A stretch of DNA of 63,885 nt, counting the filler, from Octopus bimaculoides (taxonomy: Eukaryota): assembly GCF_001194135.2 (NCBI RefSeq). It is 6 parts of 6 records of this genome, joined end to end, with 100 filler letters (N's around TTAATTAATTAA, not from the genome) between each part and the next. Parts side by side here need not be neighbours in the genome. Positions count along the whole stretch, not along the records: positions 20,910 to 47,898 come from NC_068990.1; 5 more parts are not named here. One strand, 5' to 3'. The notes under the pieces are model-generated. The model saw only the letters and a program-made list of their open reading frames with translations. It was not told the DNA's origin and did no database searches. How positions within the stretch are numbered: the first letter of the stretch is position 1; each line of letters opens with the position of its first letter. Shown here piece by piece: positions 24,443-36,824 of the stretch. The position numbers and the translations under genes are program-made.

Positions 24443-24993
24443 GCCCTGATGCAGTACCAGGCAGTGGCTCGCATGGCTTTTGACGCTAACTGAGTGGAAG
24501 TGTTATATACATTGTTTTGTTTTGGCTTAAAAGATAGGATACAGTAAATATTCTGCTCAATACTACAGATTTGCTTGTCAGTTGTTTGATCTTAACCAGC
24601 TGAGCATGCCCCTTGGTGGCTGACGATATTTGCATCTTTGTTCATGAGCAGAAGTAATGGGGGAACGTCATAGTCATGTGTTGAGAGGAATTCTTTAGGG
24701 TTTGAATAATTCACATGTAGAAAAATGGGTGTTTTGCTCAACATCCTTAAATAAACCTTATTCAGGGACCTTTTGAGCGGGATGGGCTACTCGACCTGAA
24801 GAAAATTCTAACTGGGCCCCACCTGCGAGGTCATGCGCTGTTTACCTTGATATGAGATCACCATATCGCGCACATATGGTTGTGATGCATGTGCCTGGTG
24901 TACCCTTATCAGACGGGTAGTCATGATGGGTATAATGGGCTTCGTATATTTTACCCCAATATCAGTTTGATGGCATGCACTGCTCTCTCACTC
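24441..24993. mobile_element. ~550-bp non-coding interspersed element embedded in (AAT)n
   Basis: (AAT)n on both sides (~24379-24440 and 24994-25053); two further partial copies in the window; no Pol III boxes or TIRs seen. Confidence 0.75.
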
Positions 24994-25053
<60 letters not shown>

Positions 25054-25055
<2 letters not shown>

Positions 25056-25430
25056 AACCATTGATCATGTTGTCTCCATGTGCAGTCTCCTTGCGCCTAC
25101 AGACCATCTCAACAGGCATGATAGAGTAGCACAATATATTCACTGGGTAATTTGCAAAAATCTGAACCTGTACCATGATAAAAACTGGTGGGAACACAAA
25201 ACCACCTCCAGTGCTTGAAAATGTTGACATCTCACTCCACTGGAACTTCACCGTTCAAACTGACAGAAAGATAAATAGAAATAGACCAGACATTATATTG
25301 AAAGACTTCAGACAAAAATCATACCGCCTCGTTGATACGACTGTCCCAATCGAGAGATACATTGTATCTGTCAAGACCTACCAAAAGCTTAGCAAGTATA
25401 CAGATCTTGAATTAGAAATTAGCAAAATGT
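25054..25430 (+). pseudogene. R4/Dong-clade zinc knuckle and RLE endonuclease fragment
   Basis: ETIDHVVSMC, RHDRVAQYIHWVIC, WWEHK, WNFTVQTDRKINRNRPDIILKD, KLSKYTDLELEISKM; starts directly after (AAT)n. Confidence 0.9.
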
Positions 25431-25661
25431 ACATCTCTGATCACGAGCAGAAGTAGTGGGGGAACATCATAGCAATGTTTTGAGAGGAATTTTGGGGGTT
25501 TTGGATAATTCACATTTGGAAACATGGGTGTTTTGTTCAACATCCTTAAACAACCCTTATTCAAGGACATTTTGTGTTGGATGGGCTACTCGACCTGAAG
25601 AAAATTCTAACTGGGCCCCACCTGCGAGGTCATGCGCTGTTTATCTTAATATGAGATCACC
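25427..25661. mobile_element. Partial copy of the ~550-bp element fused to the R4 fragment
   Basis: Colinear with ~24628-24862. Confidence 0.85.
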
Positions 25662-25897
25662 TTGTAACAGGCATAGTACATCACAAAGGATACGCTTCTC
25701 TGTCACAAGCTGTAGTCGAGGAAATGCTGAAAAGATAAGTGTCATGTCTCTGGTTCTCAAGTGGGAAGGAAGGTTTCGACATGTCCACTAAGGGAATGTT
25801 TCAAAGACGCCCTTTCCAATATGTGACACAATGTCTGCTACGTCAGACGGGACAACGGGTATGGAAGGTGCTGAANNNNNNNNNNTGTTCACCATCC

Positions 25898-26278
25898 TGT
25901 TGTTGTTGGCACTCCGTCGCTTACGACGTCGAAGGTTTCAGTTGATCCGATCAACGGAGCAGCCTGCCCGTGAAATTAACGTGCAAGTGGCTGAGCACTC
26001 CACAGACGCGTGTACCCTTAACGTAGTTCTCGGAGATATTCAGCGTGACACAGTGTGACAAGGCTGACCCTTTGAATTACAGGCACAACAGAAACAGGAA
26101 GTAAGAGAAAGTTGTGGTGAAAGAGTACATCAGGGTTCGCCACCATCCCCTGCCGGAGCCTCTTGGAGCTTTAGGTGTTTTCACCCAATAAACACTCACA
26201 ACGCCCGGTATGGGAATCGAAACTGCGATCCTATGACCTCGAGTCCGCTGCCCTAACCACTGGGCCATTACGCCTCCA
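25898..26278 (-). mobile_element. OR1/Ceph-like SINE, full length with TSD
   Basis: Intact head and (ACA)n tail; 12-bp direct repeat TGTTCACCATCC at 25886-25897 and 26279-26290. Confidence 0.9.
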
Positions 26279-26292
26279 TGTTCACCATCCAT

Positions 26293-26575
26293 ACAATAAG
26301 CAATGTGATATAGTTGCTCTACCTAATTAATGTCACTGCCTTACATAGAATGGACTATTAAATGTTGTTACAATACATGAACGGAACAATGTGGTATAGT
26401 TACTTTACCTAGACTGAACAATGTGGTACGGTTAGGCTGAACAATGTGATGTGGTTAACTTATACGGAATGAGCAGTGCGTTGGGGTTAATTTACATAGG
26501 CTGAACAATTTCATATGGTTGCCTTAACCAGACTCAACAGCGTGAAATGATTACCTCGCCTAAACAGGACTTTTT
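26293..26575. repeat. Degenerate ~31-bp minisatellite (core CTGAACAATGTGGTA)
   Basis: About 6-8 decayed units. Confidence 0.6.
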
Positions 26576-27876
26576 GATGTTGATACCTTATTTAAACTGA
26601 GCAATGTTTCCGTTGAATCATGTTGACCTTTCAAAACCAATTCTTTACACATAAATTTGTTCTAATATTTCATGGAGGCACCAAGAACATCTCAACCTTT
26701 AAATAATGCTTTCCTTTAAAATATGATACCTAATCTGTTACATGACTGTGCAGAGTTTATCAAAATTTGTATAAGAAATTAATTAATAGCGTATGTTTGT
26801 TCTAAAAGTCTTTCACTTACTCAATCTTCCCATATTTACATACGTGTGTGTATGTAAGTGTATAAGAAAGAGATAGAGATAGAGAGACTGTCTGTCTATT
26901 TATTTGTCTTTCTCTTTCACTCTCTCTTTCTGCCTCTCTTTCACTTTCGCTTTCACTCTCTGTCACTCTCTCTCTCCCTCCCTCTCGTTCTCTCCCTCTT
27001 CTTTTTATGTCTACGAAACTATTTTAAACCAATAACAAAAATACCGTTCACATCGATATCTTCTATATAAGTAAACAGTTTTCTGTATATTTTAGTTTAT
27101 TTTAGCTTACTTCCAACAAGTAATGTCTTGCGAAAACTAAAGAAAACCAAAAGAAAAGAAAAAGAAAAAGAAATGACAAAAAATAAATAAAAGAGTAGTG
27201 GGTTTGTATCATTTGTTGGTTGCAAGAAAGAGTTATTCTTTAATGCTTTTAGCAAAACAGACACAGATAAGACTAGACAGAACGTGTGTTTTTGATCAGC
27301 AGGCTGGAAGTATTAGTACAGACAAAGTTAAATTTCTTTGTCCCAATCACACACACAAACACACAAACACTGCAGATACATTTATACATACATTAAATAT
27401 AAGCGCATGCACACACACATACATATACGCATATATTTACGTGCACACGTGCACACACATCGACACATACACGCGCACACATACACACTCATACACACAC
27501 ACACATATATAGATAGAGAGATAAACTGACTTGAGTCACACACACACACACACATACTCTCTCAAACATGCAAACACATACGCATGTATATATAAATATA
27601 TATATATANNNNNNNNNNNNNNNNNNNNNNNNNNNNNNNNNNNNNNNNNNNNNNNNNNNNNNNNNNNNNNNNNNNNNNNNNNNNNNNNNNNNNNNNNNNN
27701 NNNNNNNNNNNNNNNNNNNNNNNNNNNNNNNNNNNNNNNNNNNNNNNNNNNNNNNNNNNNNNNNNNNNNNNNNNNNNNNNNNNNNNNNNNNNNNNNNNNN
27801 NNNNNNNNNNNNNNNNNNNNNNNNNNNNNNNNNNNNNNNNNNNNNNNNNNNNNNNNNNNNNNNNNNNNNNNNNNNN

Positions 27877-27909
<33 letters not shown>

Positions 27910-28876
27910 CATACATGCATACATATGTGCATATATATAAATATATATATGTGTGTGTGTATGTATATATACTTACGTATATGCATATATGTGTGTGTGT
28001 GTGTACGTATGTGTGTGTCTGTGTGTGTCTGTGTGTGTGTGGTGTGTGTGTGTATTTATGTATGTATGTATATATATGTATGTACATACATACATAGATA
28101 CATACATACTTATATCGGCAATTATTGCGATGAATAATATATATTGAATTATAGTCCTTCATAATTCTGCTGTCTATATATTGTAAGTGGAAATTGCACA
28201 CATCGTTTAGTCTTTTGACATTTCAGCTTCGTAACAAGAACACCAGTTTCATTTATTAATGGAACAGAATAACAATGCTTATCTACCAGGATGAAAAAAA
28301 AAATGCCTTCATTGTTAGTCTTCAACTGAAATGTGTGTGTGNNNNNNNNNNNNNNNNNNNNNNNNNNNNNNNNNNNNNNNNNNNNNNNNNNNNNNNNNNN
28401 NNNNNNNNNNNNNNNNNNNNNNNNNNNNNNNNNNNNNNNNNNNNNNNNNNNNNNNNNNNNNNNNNNNNNNNNNNNNNNNNNNNNNNNNNNNNNNNNNNNN
28501 NNNNNNNNNNNNNNNNNNNNNNNNNNNNNNNNNNNNNNNNNNNNNNNNNNNNNNNNNNNNNNNNNNNNNNNNNNNNNNNNNNNNNNNNNNNNNNNNTGTG
28601 TGTGTGTGTGTGTGTTTCGATTACATTTCAAATTGCATCAAACCAAAGAAGGAAAAAATGATATCACGTGGTGTTCAATAATTCTTGTCTTCATTCTCTA
28701 AGATATTTCATACTTTCTTCGATTTCTGTTTCTTCTTTTTTATTTTTTTTGTTTGTTTTTTTCTTCATAAGGAATATTGTAATAAATTCCGTCATGTTAA
28801 AAGATTACAAGGTCGCCTGAAATCCTCCTACCTCTATTTGAACGCAGTCAATTTGTTGATAATGGATAGATTTAAA

Positions 28877-28965
28877 ATCTGTCCAGTTCCGGTCGGATCC
28901 GGATGTGGATTCAGCTTAATGTCATATCATCTACTTTGATGAAATAAATATGCGATTTGTTTGTG
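28877..28965 (+). repeat. Direct repeat copy 1 (partner at 29854-29940)
   Basis: ATCTGTCCAGTT...TTAATGTC...ACTTTGATGAAAT-AATATG shared; offset 977 bp; identity roughly 70% by eye. Confidence 0.75.
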
Positions 28966-29853
28966 AATTTGTAAGTACATTTCATTATCTTTAGTCTGAT
29001 TATACTTGAGGTTATGCAACAAATCTAACCTATTAGCGTAATTACATTGAATAAAGAATACCATTGGAAACCAAAACTAGGAAGCACAAGTTCAGATTTC
29101 ACAGAGATTCAGACCAAATTATTCTAATATTTCAATGTTCTGTTTTAGGAAATATGTCCCGAATGAGAAAATCACAGATGAAATCGCCTGTCTCATCTGG
29201 CGAGACTCTTTATATCAAAAAGCAGTAAATTCTAGAGAAGCTAGTGATGGTCGCAAAGACGGATAAGCTAGCATATCGAGAGGAAGAAGAGATGACTGAC
29301 ATTTTCAACAGAATCATTCACTTTGAAGAAAGGTTCCTCTTTCTCTGCAATGTCTGGAAGAAGGAGAGGTGCTCATGGTTTCTGTCGAAACCAGCGAGAT
29401 GAATGTCATTATTGTTTCTCTTGAACCTTCGACCTTCATAAGTCAATACCTATGGCAAAACATATGCAAGGAAGGAATCTCTTTGATCGACGTTCTGGGA
29501 ATAATATTTCTGAGTGGATCGGGAATACATGAGGGAAAATGGCATAAACTTAAACAGTTTCAAGGAACAGAGACCGTTATAGTTACAGTAGAAAAGACAA
29601 TGAGAGGAGACAGCAAGCCAGTGGACTAGCGACTTCGTCATAAGCAGTCAGATAAAACTTTTCTAGAGGTGGCCCATGATGTCAATATCTGAAACAGCAG
29701 CACTTTTCTAGATATGAGAGCAATGCTCCTTTGTGGGCCTCGCCTAAGCTTTATAAAACGTCAATAATTGTTAGTAGAGGCATTGAAGCATCATGTCGCT
29801 TGAAGAAAAGGACCAGATGATACCAAATAAATTAAATCTGTAATTTATTTGGT

Positions 29854-29940
29854 ATCTGTCCAGTTTTGACCGGTTCTGAGTATGAACTGAATTTAATGTC
29901 GTACCATCGACTTTGATGAAATTAATATGTGATTGTTTTC
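29854..29940 (+). repeat. Direct repeat copy 2, preceded by a perfect 16-bp stem
   Basis: See copy 1; stem GATACCAAATAAATTA/TAATTTATTTGGTATC at 29819-29856. Confidence 0.75.
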
Positions 29941-30944
29941 GTACTTTACTCTCTTCCTAATAACAAAATACTTTATTTCACCTTGTGAACTTTTTTATAT
30001 TATATTATATTATATATTTAAACTTTTCCTTGGTGACGTTTAATTGGGAAAGGGTGAATCTATATTCAGTCTCTTTAGTGTTGATTGCTTCCTGTCACTC
30101 GTATAACACCCTGCCTAAAGAGTACAACAGAATAAGAATGCGCAACTGCGGTAGATAATTCCGATTCTTTGAATAATATCTTGAGGTTTCTTGTTATTTT
30201 CTCACAGAGAAGTAAATCTGGAGCAAATTTCTAGCAGAATTCATCCTTTTTCTGTTTTGTTATTATTATCATTTTTTGAATATTTTTTATTTATTGTTTT
30301 TGCTTTTGCTTTCAACCGTGATACGTCTACAAATATACGCCATCTTTGATTCAGTTCAATACTTTTCACTCATTAACATTTCTTAGGTAGACAAACCAAC
30401 TTCCGCTTCCGATACATAATCAAATTTAATTACTTTTCATTATTTATTAATTGTACGTTCTGCCCTCGTCCAACTTGCATATAACTTCCGGTACATTCGC
30501 ATAATTCATATTCTGATTAGACATTATGACATACTGAACAATAACTTCTCATCGCTGACTTCTGAAAACAAAAAAATGTAGTTAGACTAACGAGATAATT
30601 TCTTTTTGAAAACAAAACTTAATAACATTTATATATCATTTCGACAAAGTATACTTTCACTGAAAATACATTGCCTAAAATACATGTAAAACTTTAATCT
30701 AAATCTTGATTCATGCATCTTAAAATCTTTTAAATATTCAAGAAATTTTGGTCGAGATTTCTATCAAAATAGCTCTGAGAAATCTTATATTATAATTCAT
30801 TGTAACTGCTTTATTCAAATTTAAATATAATAGCAGAGCATGTATCTTAGCACATCACATACACAAAAAAAAAAAGAATCATGAAGTTCATTGCTGAAGG
30901 GAACAAATTAATTTTCTATATTGCCAATAGAAATGTATAACTGA

Positions 30945-31021
<77 letters not shown>

Positions 31022-31358
31022 GAAATCAAAATTAATAGAATTCAGTATTTTATATCCTATGTAAGAATTGTTTCCTGCATTTGTACAAAACTACAAAAAT
31101 AAGGTGAAATAATATTTTTTAACAAAAGCACTACAATATGAGAACTTAAACTTGACTATAACTTGTAGATGTGAGATCTCCAGTTGAACAGGTAAGCTCC
31201 TAGGCAAGTTGTCTTTGCTACAAGTGTTCGATTTTCAGTGGCATAAATATTTCAATAGATTTATGGCAAGTAACTGACTAGATAAATTCATCAATCCTAT
31301 ATTATATATGTGCGCGTGTGCAATGCCATATTATATATACATGTGTCGGTGTGTGAGG

Positions 31359-31668
<310 letters not shown>

Positions 31669-32208
31669 ACGTAAACCGTGTTAATCTGAGAACTATTACT
31701 AGTAGAAGACATGTTAATTGGGTGTCTAATGCATTTCGAACTAAGTTTATTTTCATTGGTTCTCAACGACCGAGAATCTCTTGCGCAATTTTTGTAAATC
31801 ATAAAACGTAGGCAATTATAAGATAGTAAAATAAATTAGCAATCATATCGCAGGGAAAGAAATGATGCTTCCAAAGTTGTAATAAGCCGAGGCCAAGCTT
31901 ATCATGGAATATTACTTAGGACTTAAAGAATTATAAAGAAAGTATTGTCTCAGCATTGAACTTCTAAACATGAAATAAGCATTGCTATGATAAAAAGGAA
32001 AGGTTATCTGTGAATATGTGATCGAAGACGGGCAAAGTATCTTCGATGTCAAACTGAAGTTTAGGAGTAACAATATATGTGTGCGTGTGTGTTTTAATTG
32101 CAAGTATAAAAAAATAACCTGAAATTAATGAATCTTAACGGGGTCATTGGCAGGAAAAAAAAACACGTTTGGAATTTGAACTGGTGACAATGACTACTAT
32201 CTGTCTAC

Positions 32209-32256
<48 letters not shown>

Positions 32257-32399
32257 TTATCTAGCTATCTAGCTGTCTGTCTGTCATGTTGTCTGTCTGT
32301 CATGTTGTCTGTCTGTCTGTCTGTCTTTATACAACTCATGCCAATGGTGTGCAACGTTTGAGAATACGGCTCCGATACAAATCAAGAGAGCAGTTTATT

Positions 32400-34200
32400 G
32401 TACACTGGTGTTAAGCTGCTGTGACAGATTTTCCAACAAGTATATAACTTTAATGATTGGAAATAAGGGGAGCAGAAAATAAAAGTACATGAACAAAGCC
32501 AAGGCCACAGGGATTCCGAGTTGCAGTTCAGTCTTTTAGGTAGAGAATGTTCTCATGTTAATTGTAAGTTGGAAAAACAAGTAATAGAGGAATACAAGAG
32601 GCTTGGAATTTAGGGAGTGTGAAGAAATAGGATCTAAGCACAATGTAAATTTTGGAGAAATTATAGAACTTATTGTACAATTTGATTCCATCTACCGGGT
32701 CACTCGAAAACTTTTGGCAGTCCAGGATATGTTACACTGTCTTTTTTATCACTTTCTATCTACGAAGAAATTGTTCTGTTAAATGCAAAATATAGGAGTC
32801 GTACGGTAGCAGAACATAAAAATGCCATGTATACCTTATTTTCTGTAGATTCAACACCAGAACAAGCTCATGTTGACCAACCAACAGATATTGTGCTTCA
32901 CGTTGTTTCTGGGAGCCGAAAGAATGGCTTTTGACTATCCTGCAGACTAGTACTGGCTACATCTGTGTGAGAATTTCTTAAAAGATAGGATATAAACCTT
33001 GAAAACTACAGGAGAAGTCCTACAGCAACGCCAGTAATGCATTCGATCATTACACAAACCGAACTCAAGGAAAAGAACTCGACTACAGTCTTCATTCCCT
33101 TAGTTACTCATTCGCTTAATCTTCTTAGACAAGCTATTGCTTCTTGCTGTGTTAAAATTGTTAACTATTTTGGCTTCATATGAAGTGCACACAAGTTTTC
33201 TTTTCTGCCTCAACACACAGATAAGCAAGTTTAATAAAACTTTTGGAAGGACATAAACGAGTACTAACTTTGAAAACCTTGTCAGAAACTCGTTGATCAA
33301 CAAGTGTATATGCTACTGACGCCTACGTTGGTGGATATAACTGCATTCAAAATGCACTCAGAAATATTGAAGATGATTTACAATAAATACCTGAAGCAAG
33401 ATATGAAGCTCAGACACTGGCAGACAAATAGAATGTCTTGAAACTGCTCTAATAGTTAAGTTCTGGAACTGAGTTCTTGTTCATCTTAGCAATACAAATA
33501 AAGCTTTTCAAGGAGCTGAAGTTGATCTGAATAAAATGGTGAATCTAACTGATTCCTTGGAAAACTTTCTGAAAACACATCGTGATAGGTATGAAGAGTT
33601 GGAACTGGATGCTAGGGGCATGTGTGGATATTTATTGTTGCCCTTTCAAAGCCTAGCCAGGCTCATGGGCCCGGTTTCCCGGTTTCTATGGCGTATGTGT
33701 TCCCTCCTCCCAGCTGGACGGGACGCCAGTCCATCGCAGCGTTACTCAAGAAACAGGAAGAAAGAGAGAAAGTTGGGGCGAAAGAGTACAACAGGGGTCG
33801 CCACCACCCCCTGCCGGAGCCTCGAGGAGCTTTAGGTATTTTCGCTCAATAAACATTCACAACGCCCGGCCTGGGAATCGAAACCACGATCCTCCGACCG
33901 CGAGTCCGCTGCCCTAACCACTGGGTCATTGCGCCTCCACACGTGTGTGGATGTACAAACTATAAAACAACAAACAAAAGAAGAAAGAAAGACAAACAAA
34001 TATTATACAAGTCCAGCATCAGCCTCGGAGAAAGTTGCTCTTTCTGCAAAAGAAAAATTCAGAAGCAAGAGAATCCTAGCAGTCAGTATTTGGCAAGTTC
34101 AAAGTCATAGTGAGCTTATGTAGTTTACTTGATGCAAAGATAAGAAATGAAGCTGAGAAATTCATCGCCGCTTTCCTCCGTAATTTTCGTGATTGAAGAG
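32400..34200 (+). pseudogene. Decayed hAT-superfamily transposase interrupted by a SINE
   Basis: NFNDWK..HEQS..H (TTF-type zinc finger), NFGEIIELIVQFD, FSVDSTP, HSLNL, LKTLSETR, ARYEAQTL, LSAKEKFR; many stops and frameshifts. Confidence 0.85.
33631..33938 (-). mobile_element. OR2-like SINE: same head as the OR1-like copies, different 3' module
   Basis: Head matches 26278-26100; 3' part GCGATGGACTGGCGTCCCGTCCAG...CATAGAAACCGGG; TSD-like TGTGTGGAT at 33621-33629 and 33944-33952. Confidence 0.85.
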
Positions 34201-34294
34201 TAAAGGAAGATGATGTATATATTTAGGGAGAAAGAAAGAGAGTGGAGAAGAGAGTCTGTGTATGTGAGTGTGTGTATACTTACATACATGCATA

Positions 34295-34332
<38 letters not shown>

Positions 34333-34396
34333 TGCCTACATACATACATACATACATACATACATACATACATACATACATACATACATGCATACA

Positions 34397-35201
34397 CATT
34401 GGTTTGCCAGATAAATTCGTTCGCACTTTTTTCCATTTATTTTAGTCTTTATTTTTCATCATCTTTATTTTCTAATTATTATTTAATAAATCCATCAATA
34501 ATATATTCTCCATTACTCAGGACATTTTTGCTAATGTTCCGGTTGCTTGTTAAAGCCTTGATAGTAGAAATCACCCGGTCGTTACTCGAAGGATTCATTG
34601 AGCCCCGTTTACAGCTCCAAGTCATTATTGAACGAAACGACTTGCAGACTGTTTGGAATAAAGGTGATAATCTGAAGGCATTATATCAGGAGAATACTGT
34701 GGATCCAACAGAACATGCTCTTGGATAGCATCTTCGGTCAAATTAGAGACTTGGGGATGAGCGTTGATGTTGATGAATGAAGAGGACGATGGATGTATCA
34801 GAACATACCATCTACTGGACCAATTTCTGAATGATCTAGCGCGGATCGTCGAGGATGACCTCGTCCAGTCGATCTCCATCGAATTGAACAGGTTGATTGG
34901 AATGTGGTGGAGTCTGTGAAGTTGAATTTCCCTCTCTTGAAGCATGTAAACCATTTCTGTGAAGTTATCTTAATGATAGCGCCTTCTCCGTATACGAACC
35001 AAACGTCAAGAACGGCTTTGGCATCTTTAGAACCTTGAGTGATAGCAGAGAGAAGTTGGTATCGAAATGCCCGTTTCTTTCTACTTAGCACTCCATTGTT
35101 ATATGTCTGAAGGGAGGTAAAACATTACGATAAAAATATATTTCGTCGTGTAAATTCAAATAACATTGGAAAGAAACGAACCAATTTATTACAATCCAAT
35201 A
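34397..35201 (-). mobile_element. Internally deleted mariner element
   Basis: Decayed TIRs TATTGG...; N-terminal HFR.LL...QGSK..KA....VYGEGAI....QKWF..FK.G; C-terminal HPQYSPDIMPSDYHL and NGEYIID*. Confidence 0.9.
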
Positions 35202-35462
35202 CACGCACACATACATATACGTACATACATATGTATGTATATACAGNNNNNNNNNNNNNNNNNNNNNNNNNNNNNNNNNNNNNNNNNNNNNNNNNNNNNN
35301 NNNNNNNNNNNNNNNNNNNNNNNNNNNNNNNNNNNNNNNNNNNNNNNNNNNNNNNNNNNNNNNNNNNNNNNNNNNNNNNNNNNNNNNNNNNNNNNNNNNN
35401 NNNNNNNNNNNNNNNNNNNNNNNNNNNNNNNNNNNNNNNNNNNNNNNNNNNNNNNNNNNNNN

Positions 35463-35507
<45 letters not shown>

Positions 35508-36189
35508 CATATTATATATGTATGTATATATACAAGCATATATACACACACACACATATATATATATACACATGTATGTATGTATGTATGTATGTATGTA
35601 AGCATCTAAATTACTTTCTGATTTGGTACTATATTGTGTGTATTATGTAATTGGTTGAGGAGACATTCATTAGGCAGCAAATATCTATTAAGAATATATC
35701 ATCGTGTATTTTATAAAAATGCCATACAACCAACTTATTGTCTCTATTACTTAATATAAAGCAAGAAGGGCGTGGCTGCAGTTTGAAATATAAAGGTTAA
35801 TACAAGTAATAGCCTGTTTGAAGTTTTGAAGGTCAATTATTGAGAAGGGAACACAGGTGAGTACTGCATCTCTGGGGAAGAATGATTGGGCGAATGTTTA
35901 AATGTAGAGGTCACAGAAATTATTTTATGGGAGACTACAGGGGCGAAAAAAGTAGATTTAGATGGAGGTTGTAAATATTGGTATTTGATATAATTTATCT
36001 AAACTTTACTAGTACAGATCAGCGAATGTGCTTCTACATGCTCGTTGGCTTTGCTAGAAATAGCGATTAAATTTCTTTCAAATCACACCCTACTTTCTTA
36101 AAAAGGAAGGATGTATTGGATAACGTAGTCCTGAATATATTACATGAACATTGATATTATTTCAGAGAATATATCTTCCTTGTTTCTTG

Positions 36190-36824
36190 AACTAGAAAAG
36201 CACTCGGAGAGCGCAGACCTCCACCAAGTAGCTCATTTCTACCCATATACACGCATGCTGAAAATCACCCGATTTCCCAAACCAACGCCGGCAAAAACAT
36301 AACCTCCTTGGCGGTGTTGAAAAAAATAACACAGCCATATAAGTTGTTTTTTTTAATCCTTTAAAAACAGAATTCATCTAAAGCAGTTATAATACATCAA
36401 TGACAACAGCAAGCTATTTTCCCCATACAACTGAAAAGAAACAACAATTACCTAAAACTTGAGTGTTAAGATAGATACGCGAGTAAAATTACTAATAGAG
36501 AAACGAAAATAAACTTTGGAAACAGCAACGCCACCATAGGTTACATAGAAATGATGAATGTGTTTTCAAGGGAGATAATCAAAGAACGTAACATTGTAAT
36601 ACTTCATGTAAAGTAAATATAACAAATGAAAAATCCTTCAAGAATCCATAAAAATTCCCGGTTCACTACCAAAATTTCATCATCTGTTCCTTGTGTCATT
36701 ACCAACTTTTTCTGCAAGTTTCATTAAATACCGTTCACAAATTTTTTAGTTATTTTGCACACAGACGGACAGACGGACAAACCAACGCCGATAAAAACAT
36801 AACCTCCTTCCTTGGCGGAGGTTA
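36190..36824 (+). mobile_element. Helentron-associated (HINE/DINE-like) non-autonomous elements: one short, one longer
   Basis: 5' subTIR CCTCC(A/G)CCAAG, 3' subTIR and hairpin ACCTCCTT(CCTT)GGCGGAGGT, ACAG/GGAC microsatellite; ends at ~36320 and ~36824. Confidence 0.65.

Noticed and set aside
24790-24840. HDV-like or hammerhead ribozyme within the 550-bp element (ACC-UCGCA-GGU; CUGAAGA)
   Set aside because: P1/P1.1/P2 could not be built and there is no GAAA block.
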